Source of the DNA: an uncultured Candidatus Peregrinibacteria bacterium
Lineage (GTDB): Bacteria; Patescibacteriota; Gracilibacteria; Peribacterales; Peribacteraceae
Assembly: GCA_903825315.1 (NCBI GenBank)
Contig: CAIKAD010000003.1
Location: 11,053 to 75,052 of the forward strand
Length of the DNA stretch: 64,000 nt
Reading direction: 5' to 3'
The position numbers and the translations under genes are program-made. Under the pieces are notes generated by a model, which saw nothing but the letters and a program-made list of their open reading frames with translations, did no database searches and was not told the DNA's origin. Shown one piece after another: positions 52,850-61,678 of this stretch. Each line of letters opens with the position of its first letter. The stretch's first letter is position 1.

Positions 52850-52855
52850 CACAGC

Positions 52856-54178
52856 ATGAAGATCGCCGTCGTCGGAACCGGCTACGTAGGATTAGTCAGC
52901 GCCGCTTGCTTTGCGGAACTGGGCCACACAGTCACCGGCGTGGATATCGACGAAAAGAAAATCGCCATCCTCAAGGGGGGCAAGAGCACGATCTATGAAC
53001 CGGAGCTGGAGGAGCTGATTCAAAGGGGGCTCCAGAGCGGACACCTCTCCTTTACGACGGACCTGCAGAGCGTATTGCCCAATGTGGAAATCGTCTTCTC
53101 CGCAGTAGCGACGCCACCGGGCGAGGGCTACAAGGCCGACCTGCGCGCCGTATTCACCGTGGCCGAGACCGTGGCAAAGAACGCAACGCGGGGTCTTCTC
53201 TTCGTGAACAAGTCCACCGTACCCGTGGGCACCGGACAGAAGTGTGAGGAAACCATCACGCAGATTCTCAAGGATCGTGGCGCGCCATTCTCCATCCCCG
53301 TCGTCAGCAACCCGGAATTTTTGCGGGAAGGACTCGCCGTTCCGGACACGCTCATGCCGGACCGGATCGTCGTCGGTATCAATGCGAACGAGAAAGCACG
53401 GGAAATGATGGAAGAACTCTACAGGCCCTTGACCCGTGTAGGGCGCCCCCTCCTCTTTATGAGCCGCGAGAGCGCGGAAATTGTGAAATACGCCAGTAAC
53501 TCCTTCCTCGCCACCAAGATCAGCTTCATCAACATGCTCACGGAATTCGCAGAAATGACGGGCGCCAACATCCGCCACATCGCCGCAGGCCTGGGGCTCG
53601 ATAACCGCATCGGACCCAAATTCCTCCATGCGGGCATCGGCTACGGCGGCAGCTGCTTCCCCAAGGACGTCAAAGCTCTTCTTCAGACCGCCAAGGAGTA
53701 CGGCGTTGCGTTCGACATTATCGAGGCGACTGACGCCATCAACACGCGCCAGCGCTTCCGCTTCTTCGACAAAGTGCTCAAGGCGCTTCCCAAGAAGGCG
53801 ACTGTCGCGCTGTGGGGATTGAGTTTTAAGCCACGGACGGACGACATGCGCGAAGCGCCGAGCCTCGACTTCATTCCGCTTCTCTTAAAAGCCGGCCACT
53901 CCGTCAACGCATTCGACCCCGCAGCGATCGAGAATACCAAAAAGTTCTTCCCGCGCGAGATCACCTACGCGTCATCTCCGATGGAAGCCGCGACCGGAGC
54001 CGATACTGTCGTGGTCCTGACGGAGTGGGACATGTTCCGGGGGCAGGACCTGAAGGAACTGAAGAAGGTCATGAAGGGAAAGAATTTGTTTGATGGACGG
54101 AATGTGTACGAGCCATCAGAAGTAAGAGAGGCAGGACTGACGTATCATGGAATTGGAATCGGGGGATCCGAATGCTAA
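52856..54178 (+). CDS. ugd: UDP-glucose 6-dehydrogenase
   Basis: MKIAVVGTGYVGLVSAACFAELGH and GGSCFPKD motifs. Confidence 0.9.
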   Translation: MKIAVVGTGYVGLVSAACFAELGHTVTGVDIDEKKIAILKGGKSTIYEPELEELIQRGLQSGHLSFTTDLQSVLPNVEIVFSAVATPPGEGYKADLRAVFTVAETVAKNATRGLLFVNKSTVPVGTGQKCEETITQILKDRGAPFSIPVVSNPEFLREGLAVPDTLMPDRIVVGINANEKAREMMEELYRPLTRVGRPLLFMSRESAEIVKYASNSFLATKISFINMLTEFAEMTGANIRHIAAGLGLDNRIGPKFLHAGIGYGGSCFPKDVKALLQTAKEYGVAFDIIEATDAINTRQRFRFFDKVLKALPKKATVALWGLSFKPRTDDMREAPSLDFIPLLLKAGHSVNAFDPAAIENTKKFFPREITYASSPMEAATGADTVVVLTEWDMFRGQDLKELKKVMKGKNLFDGRNVYEPSEVREAGLTYHGIGIGGSEC

Positions 54179-54262
54179 ATGCACAATTTGAAATACGAAA
54201 TAAGCCGAAGATTTAACTGACATTTTGCATTTTGCGTGTCTCATTTTCCATTTACTCATTCC
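54176..54262. repeat. low-complexity element (GAAAT/CATTTT units)
   Basis: caatttgaaatacgaaataag on the left, cattttgcattttgcgtgtctcattttccatttactcattcc on the right. Confidence 0.6.
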
Positions 54263-54289
54263 TCTCATAACAGGCACAATCTCAGACGT

Positions 54290-55237
54290 ATGAAAATTCT
54301 CCTCACTGGCGCGGCCGGCTTCATAGGCTTCCACACTGCGCAACAGCTTCTCGCCCGCGGCGACGAGGTGATAGGCCTCGATAACTTTTCCCCGTACTAC
54401 GATCCGAAATTGAAAGAGGCACGGGCGGCGCAGCTGGAAGGAAAGAATGGATTCCAGATGATCCGTGCGGACATTCTGGACCGGGACGCAGTAAGCAAGG
54501 CAATGAAGGGATGCGACCGGGTGTGCCATCTCGCCGCGCTCGCCGGCGTGCGCTACGCCTTTGACCATCCCGACGAGTACATCGACATCAACATCCGGGG
54601 ATTCTTTAATGTATTGGATGAAGCGCGCAAGCAGGAGATTGCGGGGATGACCTATGCCTCCTCGAGCTCAGTGTACGGCGGCAACACTAAAATGCCGCTC
54701 GCCGAGACGGACCGCACCGATAACCAGCTCTCACTCTACGGCATGAACAAGAAGGACAACGAGCTGATGGCGCACGCGTACCACTCGCTCTACGGCCTTC
54801 CGGTTACCGGACTCCGGTTCTTTACGGTGTACGGCCCGTGGGGGCGGCCGGACATGGCACTCTTCCTCTTTACGGACGCCATCCTCCACAACCGCACACT
54901 CCAGATCTACGGTCAGGGAAAGATGCAACGCGACTTCACGTTTGTGGACGACATCGTCTCCGGCATCGTCGCGTCTATCGACAAGAACTTTCCTGAGGAA
55001 GTCTTCAATCTGGGCTGCGGCCGCACAGAGGAGTTGATGGACTATGTCGCCGCCGTGGAGAAGGCTTGCGGCAGGGAAGGGAAGAAGGAGTTCCTCCCCA
55101 TGCAGCCGGGTGACGTGGTGCGCACGGAAGCGGACATTGCCAAGGCAAAGAAGATGCTCGGCTTTGACCCCAAAACGCAGATCAAGGAAGGCGTGCCACG
55201 GTTCGTCGAGTGGTATAGGAAATACTACGGACTCTAA
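54290..55237 (+). CDS. UDP-glucuronate 4-epimerase-like SDR
   Basis: MKILLTGAAGFIG and YGMNKKDNE (YxxxK). RFFTVYGPWGRPDMA is typical of the GAE/LpsL/Cap1J group. Confidence 0.8.
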   Translation: MKILLTGAAGFIGFHTAQQLLARGDEVIGLDNFSPYYDPKLKEARAAQLEGKNGFQMIRADILDRDAVSKAMKGCDRVCHLAALAGVRYAFDHPDEYIDINIRGFFNVLDEARKQEIAGMTYASSSSVYGGNTKMPLAETDRTDNQLSLYGMNKKDNELMAHAYHSLYGLPVTGLRFFTVYGPWGRPDMALFLFTDAILHNRTLQIYGQGKMQRDFTFVDDIVSGIVASIDKNFPEEVFNLGCGRTEELMDYVAAVEKACGREGKKEFLPMQPGDVVRTEADIAKAKKMLGFDPKTQIKEGVPRFVEWYRKYYGL

Positions 55238-55242
55238 AAATA

Positions 55243-55326
55243 GCCAATTGTCCAAAATCCCAATGACCAAAAACGGTCCGGGGGACGAAGTGTTTTGGTT
55301 GTTGAACAATTGGTCATTGGTCATTT
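55243..55326. repeat. hairpin element, CCAATGA/TTGGTCATT family, conserved-loop subtype (inverted orientation)
   Basis: ccaattgtccaaaatcccaatgaccaaaaacg GTCCGGGGGACGAAG tgttttggttgttgaacaattggtcattggtcatt. The right arm encodes the last codons of the GT-C gene. Confidence 0.75.
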
Positions 55327-56516
55327 TCCCTCACCCACACCTCCGTCGGAAGATTGGGCAGCGTGACCCAGCCATCCCGCTTCTTCATGTCGTCACACTG
55401 ATCCAGGCAGACCACGGCTTGCGCATTGGTGAGTAAGGAAGGATGGAACCTCAGGACAGGGAAGGAACTCTCGTACTGCCAGTCATGCCCGAATGATCCG
55501 GCGATAAGGACGGTGCCCGTCTTACCCTGGAGCGCAATCGACTGCATCACGGCGCGGGACGCACCAGGCTTAAGGGACGGCGGAAAAAGCCCAACGCAGA
55601 GGACGGTAATGAGCGCGACGGGGCCGAGGACGGAGACAGGACTACTCCATGCGCGCCGAAGAAAGAGGACCATCCCCGCAACTAAGAGCGGCGTGAAGAG
55701 GATGGCGTAGTACATCCGGAAGGAGACGTAGAGGAACGCCGCAACGAGAGCCAAGCTCAGGAACATCGCCCACTGGCGATCCAGAGCCATGCCCACAATG
55801 CCCACAATTCCGATGAGGATGCTCCCGCCCACGCACCACGCCTGAAAAAGGGAGAGAGCCTTGTCCATGGGCGTAAGGGACGTATTGAGCGCGCCTGCGT
55901 TGACAAAGCTGGCCAAAATCGCGGGTTCCGCAATGCCGAAGAGAAGTGCGAGCGGAAGCGGTGCGAGAACATACAACGCTTTCTGCCACCACGGGAAACG
56001 GAGCGGGAGGAAGAGCGCGACGACGATGGGAAAGTAGAGGACGGCCTGGTACGCAGTGAGGAGCGAGACAAGCCACAGAAGCCCCGCTCCAAACGCTTGC
56101 CACGGCCCCCAGTTCTCGGGATTGCGTCGCGCTTCAAAGAGCAGCGCGAGAAAAAGGAGACCCTCCAGCGCCGTAAGGGGTGCCATCATCACCGAGCCTG
56201 CTTGCAGCACCACCGCGGCACAGAGGAGCCAAGCCGCCATCGTGGTAACGCGCTGATCGCGGGAGAGTTCACGCGCCATCCACCACACAATCCACGCCGC
56301 CTGCACCACAAGCGTGGCAAAGATGACGCGCCACAGGAGTTCCTGGTACGGGAAGCGCGATGTGAGCGCGATGAGGGACCGCGCGAGCGGCGGATGCGGG
56401 TACGGAATATTGAGGAGGTACTTCGCCTCGTCTGTGCGGACTCCGCCGATGGCCTGCACCCACGCAAGGAGCAGCGCATACAACTCGAAAAGAATGGCGT
56501 ACATCAGCTTCCGCAT
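55314..56516 (-). CDS. GT-C-fold membrane glycosyltransferase (ArnT/PMT-like, GT39/GT83-type)
   Basis: 400-aa polytopic ORF. First-loop motif RTDEAKYLLNIPYPHPPL. Confidence 0.6.
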   Translation of the reverse strand: MRKLMYAILFELYALLLAWVQAIGGVRTDEAKYLLNIPYPHPPLARSLIALTSRFPYQELLWRVIFATLVVQAAWIVWWMARELSRDQRVTTMAAWLLCAAVVLQAGSVMMAPLTALEGLLFLALLFEARRNPENWGPWQAFGAGLLWLVSLLTAYQAVLYFPIVVALFLPLRFPWWQKALYVLAPLPLALLFGIAEPAILASFVNAGALNTSLTPMDKALSLFQAWCVGGSILIGIVGIVGMALDRQWAMFLSLALVAAFLYVSFRMYYAILFTPLLVAGMVLFLRRAWSSPVSVLGPVALITVLCVGLFPPSLKPGASRAVMQSIALQGKTGTVLIAGSFGHDWQYESSFPVLRFHPSLLTNAQAVVCLDQCDDMKKRDGWVTLPNLPTEVWVRENDQ

Positions 56517-56812
56517 GGGTGCAGTTCGGAAGTGGCAAACGTAAAGGCGAAGCAGGCGGGAGGATCGGGATTGCGGCGGTGTTCACGATGGAGGAACGCC
56601 AGACCATCGGTGGTCACTTCCCGGATTTCCATATCCGAGAGATTCCATCCCTGAGACGTGGAGACCTGCTGCAAGGCAACATTCGCCTTGTCCCGTACGG
56701 ATGCATCCAAGTACAGCGGACGTATCCGCCACGCACGCACCGCCTGCGGCCCCGCGAGAGCAAGGATCAGCACAAGGAAGAGGAGGGCCGGAACGCGGGA
56801 AGGACGATGCAT
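56504..56812 (-). CDS. small secreted protein
   Basis: The ATG at 56812 gives MHRPSRVPALLFLVLILALAGPQAVRA. It overlaps the upstream GT2 stop by 1 nt (TGATG) and the downstream GT-C start by 13 nt. Confidence 0.4.
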   Translation of the reverse strand: MHRPSRVPALLFLVLILALAGPQAVRAWRIRPLYLDASVRDKANVALQQVSTSQGWNLSDMEIREVTTDGLAFLHREHRRNPDPPACFAFTFATSELHPCGS

Positions 56813-57519
56813 CAGACTGACCGGGTGAAAATACGCCGCACGGCTGCGCCGAGGAGCGATGCCAGGAACTGCCATTGTACGCGCAGCGACAACTTGCTCG
56901 CTCCCGCCGTGCGCGTGCGGAACGTATACGGGACTTCCGCAGCCGGCGTACGCGCCGGGACGCGAAGGAGGATATCAAAAAGAATCTTGAACCCTTTGGG
57001 ATGCAGGGTTGGAGCAATAGCTTCAAAGACTTTTCGGTCCACCGCGAAGAAACCACTCATGGGATCTCTGACCTTCACGCGGCACAGCGCAATGGAAAGG
57101 CGCGTGGCCACGCGACTGAGCACATGGCGGCGCTCGTCCCACTCACCCACGCTGCCACCCGGAACGTAGCGCGAACCGACCGCGATGCCACTCTTCTCTT
57201 TCACGATCCGATACATCTCGGGGAGGATACGCAAGTCATGCTGGCCATCGGCATCGGCTGCGGCGAGCACATCACCACGCGCCACAGCAAAGCCCTCCAT
57301 CACCGCCGTCGAAAGCCCCCGCCGTCCCACGCGTCGGATCACCCGAACGCGCAGGTCGGTACCGGAGAGCCTTTCCGCCACCCGCCACGTGTGGTCCGGC
57401 GAATCATCATCCACCACAATAATCTCGTACGGCAGGTCCTTGAGAATCTCCGCCAATTCCGGAAGGACGCGCGGCAGGTTCTCAGCCTCGTTGTACGTGG
57501 GCAGGACTAGCGAAAGCAT
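56812..57519 (-). CDS. polyprenyl-phosphate glycosyltransferase (DPM1/Ppm1/ArnC-like GT2)
   Basis: MLSLVLPTYNEAENL, IIVVDDDSPD and DADGQHD motifs. Confidence 0.8.
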   Translation of the reverse strand: MLSLVLPTYNEAENLPRVLPELAEILKDLPYEIIVVDDDSPDHTWRVAERLSGTDLRVRVIRRVGRRGLSTAVMEGFAVARGDVLAAADADGQHDLRILPEMYRIVKEKSGIAVGSRYVPGGSVGEWDERRHVLSRVATRLSIALCRVKVRDPMSGFFAVDRKVFEAIAPTLHPKGFKILFDILLRVPARTPAAEVPYTFRTRTAGASKLSLRVQWQFLASLLGAAVRRIFTRSV

Positions 57520-57528
57520 ACTGTTGAT

Positions 57529-57558
57529 AGTGTAGCGGGTGGGGAGGGAGGTTGTCAG
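57529..57558 (-). promoter_or_regulatory. candidate promoter (GT2 side)
   Basis: Minus strand: CTGACA-18 nt-TACACT, then 9 nt to the ATG at 57519. Confidence 0.4.
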
Positions 57559-57696
57559 TGACCGCTGGAAAGATGCAGAAGATGCAGGGGTAGCAAAGGA
57601 TGCAGAGGAATGGTCATCACCCTGCTTCCGAAGCGATTTACCATCATTCCTCTGATTCTCCTGCATCTTCTGCATCTATTGATCCCCCTGCATCCT

Positions 57697-57725
57697 TTGC
57701 CAGATCCATCCTCCACAGGCACACT
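57697..57725 (+). promoter_or_regulatory. candidate promoter (SDR side)
   Basis: TTGCCA-17 nt-CACACT, then 8 nt to the ATG at 57734. Confidence 0.4.
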
Positions 57726-57733
57726 GTCCGTGC

Positions 57734-58651
57734 ATGAAAATCCTCGTGACAGGATCATCGGGAACCATTGGCACGCGCCTCTGCGAGACGCTCCTTGAGC
57801 ATGGGGACGAGGTAATCGGAATCGACTGGGTGGCCAACAAGTGGAACGAGAACGTGGAAGCGGTCACGCGCCACATTGATTTGCGGGACGAAGTAGAGGT
57901 GGCAAACCTCGACCTCCCCAAGGATATTGATGCCGTGGTGCACCTGGCCGCCAATGCCCGTGTGTACGAGCTCGTGGAACACCCGGACCGCGCCCGCGAC
58001 AACTTCGTGACGCTCTTCAACGCGCTGGAGATGGCGCGGACCACGGGGATCCCGCGTTTCCTCTTCGCTTCCTCACGCGAAGGATATGGGAACATCCAGG
58101 CAAAGCAGTACACGGAAGACCTCGTACGCGTGGAGAACTGCGAAAGCCCCTACACCGCGAGCAAGGTGGGCGGCGAAGCATTGGTGGAGGCCTATACGCG
58201 CTGCTACGGAATCGACCACGTGATCTTCCGCTTCAGTAATGTCTACGGAATGTACGATGACTCGGTGCGCGTGGTGCCACTCTTCATCCGCAAAGCACGC
58301 AAGAATGAGCCGCTCATGGTGTACGGCAAGGAGAAATGCCTCGACTTCACATACATCGACGATGCCATCGACGGCATCCTCAAAGCCCTGGATAACTTTG
58401 AGCACGCCAAGAACGGCACGTACAACGTCGCATACGGCGAAGGAACGACCATCGTTCACCTCGCAGAGCGCGTCAAGAAACTACTCGGAAGCTCCTCCCC
58501 GCTCGAAGTCGGTGTGCCGCGCACAGGGGAAGTGGTCCGTTACGTGGCAAACATCACCAAGGCCAAGGAAACCTTCGGCTACGAACCCCGGGTACCGTTT
58601 GAAGAGGGGATCGAGAAGGCGGTGGCGTGGTACGAGGAACATAAGGTCTGA
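57734..58651 (+). CDS. NAD-dependent epimerase/dehydratase (SDR)
   Basis: MKILVTGSSGTIG and YTASKVGGE (YxxxK). Confidence 0.75.
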   Translation: MKILVTGSSGTIGTRLCETLLEHGDEVIGIDWVANKWNENVEAVTRHIDLRDEVEVANLDLPKDIDAVVHLAANARVYELVEHPDRARDNFVTLFNALEMARTTGIPRFLFASSREGYGNIQAKQYTEDLVRVENCESPYTASKVGGEALVEAYTRCYGIDHVIFRFSNVYGMYDDSVRVVPLFIRKARKNEPLMVYGKEKCLDFTYIDDAIDGILKALDNFEHAKNGTYNVAYGEGTTIVHLAERVKKLLGSSSPLEVGVPRTGEVVRYVANITKAKETFGYEPRVPFEEGIEKAVAWYEEHKV

Positions 58652-58685
58652 GAAAGGCCATTGTGTATAGACATTTGTATATACA

Positions 58686-58771
58686 GAAAAGAATCATGAA
58701 TACAGAATCAAGAATCAAGATATTCATTATTCTTAATTCCTAATTCTTAATTCTTCTTATTCTCCTCGTGA
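58686..58771. repeat. low-complexity inverted-repeat element (AAGAATC units)
   Basis: gaatcatgaatacagaatcaagaatcaaga on the left, attcttaattcctaattcttaattcttcttattc on the right. It overlaps the 3' end of the FAD gene. Confidence 0.7.
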
Positions 58772-60315
58772 TATTCCTCCTCCAAATTCACCTCCCACAG
58801 GTTGGATTTGTCCGTGCGCCCCGCCACGATGTTGTCCACCGCGAGCATGGCCGTAAGCATGGAGTGATCCTGATTGTTGTAACGGTGCATACCGTTCCGT
58901 CCGATTAAAAAGAGATTGGAAATACCATCCACGTACTCCCGCACGACCGGCAATTGATGATAACTGCCGAAATAACCGGGATACGCCTTGGGAACACGCA
59001 GAACGCACGCGTCCAGTACATCTTGCCGACGGGCAAAGCCGATCTTCTCCATTTCGGACACACCGAGCTCAATCATGTCCTTGTCCGGCTTCACCCAGAG
59101 GTCACCGCCCTCATAATCGAAAAACTCCAGGCCGATCCATACGCTGTTCTTGCGGTCCGCCACCATGTAAGGGCTCCAGTTATTAAAAATCTGTATGCGC
59201 CCCACGCGCACATCGCGCTCCTGCACGTAAATCCAGTTATCAGGGACGTTCTCCTTTACGCTCTTCCCCTCGCGGACGGAGAGCTTTTGAAGAAGCAAAC
59301 CGACGGTAAGAAAATCGCGGTACTGCAGACCTTCGGCCACCTCGATGACAGAGGAGGGTGGCTGCGGATGGACCATACCGATGAGCTGCTTGATGGGCGC
59401 TGAGGAGAAGAAGAAGTCGCACGCCATGTCTTCCGTTTTGCCGCTATCGACATGCTCAAGCGTAACGCCGGTAACTTTGCCGTCCTCAATCTTGATGCCC
59501 GACACGCGCGTCTTCATGCGGACTTCTCCCCCGCGGGCTTTCACGTCGCCCGCCACCGTTTCCCACAGCTGGCCGGGGCCGTACTTGGGATAGTAGAAAC
59601 GGGTGATGAGGCTCGTCTCGCGCGCCTCCTGTTGCTTCTTAAAATCGCTGGAAAGCAGGTCCTTGATCGCGTGTACCACAGCACGCCTGAGGGAAAGGCC
59701 TTTAACGCGCTGCGCGCCCCAGTCCGAGCGGATCTGCGAGCAAGGCATGCCCCACACTTTCTCCGTGTAAGCCTCGAAAAACATTTTGTAGAGCCGCTCC
59801 CCGAAACGATTGATGTAGAACGCGTCGAGCATGGATTCATCCTTCCGCGGGAAGACCTGCGCCCTGATGTAGCTGAGACCGATGAGAAACGTATTGATGA
59901 TTCCAAGCCGCCATGCCACACGGAGCGTGATACTGAGGGGATACGGGAAGAAGTTGCGCTGGAAAAAGATGCGGCTCAGCCGTGGCCGCTGCAGCATCAC
60001 CCGCTCCTCCTTTTCGGGATCGGGTCCGCCGGGCGCGTAGTCGATCTCATGCTTCTTCTCCACATTGTCCGCCGCGGGATACCCCTGCAGCGGAAGAATG
60101 GAGAACCACCACTGCATCACACGGTCGCTCTTGCTAAAGAAGCGGTGCCCGCCAATGTCGATACGGTTACCCTTGTAGTTAAACGTCTGCGCGATGCCGC
60201 CGATCATGTCGGTCTGTTCGCAGACAATGGGCACGATATCCGTCCGCTGCAGCAATTCGTAAGCCGCAGTCAGTCCTGCGGGCCCGGCACCGGCAATAAC
60301 CGCAACGCGTTTCAT
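58747..60315 (-). CDS. FAD-dependent oxidoreductase (UDP-galactopyranose-mutase/amine-oxidase-like Rossmann fold)
   Basis: [21 protein letters not shown]...GGIA...IDIGGHRFF. Confidence 0.6.
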   Translation of the reverse strand: MKRVAVIAGAGPAGLTAAYELLQRTDIVPIVCEQTDMIGGIAQTFNYKGNRIDIGGHRFFSKSDRVMQWWFSILPLQGYPAADNVEKKHEIDYAPGGPDPEKEERVMLQRPRLSRIFFQRNFFPYPLSITLRVAWRLGIINTFLIGLSYIRAQVFPRKDESMLDAFYINRFGERLYKMFFEAYTEKVWGMPCSQIRSDWGAQRVKGLSLRRAVVHAIKDLLSSDFKKQQEARETSLITRFYYPKYGPGQLWETVAGDVKARGGEVRMKTRVSGIKIEDGKVTGVTLEHVDSGKTEDMACDFFFSSAPIKQLIGMVHPQPPSSVIEVAEGLQYRDFLTVGLLLQKLSVREGKSVKENVPDNWIYVQERDVRVGRIQIFNNWSPYMVADRKNSVWIGLEFFDYEGGDLWVKPDKDMIELGVSEMEKIGFARRQDVLDACVLRVPKAYPGYFGSYHQLPVVREYVDGISNLFLIGRNGMHRYNNQDHSMLTAMLAVDNIVAGRTDKSNLWEVNLEEEYHEENKKN

Positions 60316-60387
60316 GCCGTGGCACTATAAGAGAGGATGCCGTTGAATGCCAATGGATTGGACATGGAGACGCAGGATATTGCGTCA

Positions 60388-61674
60388 TCACGCCGAGGCG
60401 CCAAGCCATCCCAGATCACGTAGGATCCGCTTCCACTCAGCCATGGAACGAGGCATTCCGAGGAGCATCCACGACAAGAGGGCAAGGATATCCACCATGA
60501 ACGGAACGAAGAAGATCGAATAGTCCATAAAATACGTGCCCCGACCCCAGAGCCAGATGTAGAAAAATGACAGATGGAACAATGCGAGAACAAGAGGGAG
60601 AAGCAGGCGATGTCGCGCCACGAACGGGAGCGAGGCGAGCGTGAGGAGGAGGACGGACGTCTCCATATAAAAGTGATCCATGTGGTCCAGGGCGGCCGCC
60701 AAACTGAACGCGATGAGCGCGGTCAGTGCAATGGCACGAGCCAGGCAAATATCCTTCCAATTCTCCCGCGGGTAGAGGAGCGCAAAGACGCCAAACGCCA
60801 CGAGCAGCGGCGAGGTGTGCATGATGTTTCCGGGTCCTGTTTTACCAGGATCGGGGAAGTAGTAGTTGTGCACCGAGAACATCATCTGCAAGCCATGCGC
60901 GGCGTTGAGCGGCATGCGCCACCACAAGAAGACGTTCGACTGGTCCAGATTGGCATGTGATCCCACGATGACATGGCCCACCTGTGCATATTGCAGCGCG
61001 ACGTACAGAACGGGGATCGGAAGCGCAAAGAGAATCTGAACCCAGCCCTTGGACCACCACGATACGCGGCTGGATCGTTTCCAAAATGCGAACCGCACCC
61101 ACCAGCCCTGAGCGTGTCGATTGGCATCGTTGGTGCGGGACGGATGCCAGAGTAGGAATAGGGGGAAAAGCGCAATCGAGAACGGTTTGGTGATCACGGA
61201 GAAGGCCCACGGGAGGAACGCCCACGCTGAACCCCGCGCTCGCAACCACAGCGTGAGAAGGATGAGGAGCGTAAAGGACGGGAACGTAAAACCGCGAAAG
61301 GCGATGAACGTGAGATAAGGCGAGAGCGCAATGACGTAAGAGAAGAGCACGGCCTGGAACCGATCTTTCAGCAAAGCCTGAGCGGCAGCATATCCAGCCA
61401 GAGGCAGGAGCAACGCGCAGAGAAGTTGAACATAGATGTTCGTGAGTGGCGAATGCGTGAGGAGGTAGAGAGGTAGGGCAAGGAAGGAGGCACCCTGGAA
61501 CCCGGGAATGGAAAGGTCCAAACGCCCGGATGCCAATGTCTCGATGAACTTCTGATAATGGAAATGATCATCCTGCGGGGAGATTTGCGTCCGCAGGAAC
61601 ACCATGCCGAGAAGCAGCGTGAGAAGGACAATGTGGAAAGCCGGTGCACGCAAGAGACGCCGTATGAATTGCAT
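60388..61674 (-). CDS. polytopic membrane protein, putative GT-C-like glycosyltransferase
   Basis: The ATG at 61674 gives MQFIRRLL.... About 11 hydrophobic helices and an early DDHFHY loop. The ORF-track N-terminal extension overlaps the upstream GT2 gene. Confidence 0.45.
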   Translation of the reverse strand: MQFIRRLLRAPAFHIVLLTLLLGMVFLRTQISPQDDHFHYQKFIETLASGRLDLSIPGFQGASFLALPLYLLTHSPLTNIYVQLLCALLLPLAGYAAAQALLKDRFQAVLFSYVIALSPYLTFIAFRGFTFPSFTLLILLTLWLRARGSAWAFLPWAFSVITKPFSIALFPLFLLWHPSRTNDANRHAQGWWVRFAFWKRSSRVSWWSKGWVQILFALPIPVLYVALQYAQVGHVIVGSHANLDQSNVFLWWRMPLNAAHGLQMMFSVHNYYFPDPGKTGPGNIMHTSPLLVAFGVFALLYPRENWKDICLARAIALTALIAFSLAAALDHMDHFYMETSVLLLTLASLPFVARHRLLLPLVLALFHLSFFYIWLWGRGTYFMDYSIFFVPFMVDILALLSWMLLGMPRSMAEWKRILRDLGWLGASA

Positions 61675-61678
61675 GGGA

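Larger units (their letters stand above)
52654..52855. repeat. bidirectional intergenic cassette, copy 1
   Basis: Matches the reverse complement of 57520-57733 along its whole length. About 90 percent identity by eye over the ~130-bp ugd-proximal part. Confidence 0.85.
57520..57733. repeat. bidirectional intergenic cassette, copy 2 (inverted)
   Basis: See copy 1 at 52654-52855. Confidence 0.85.
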
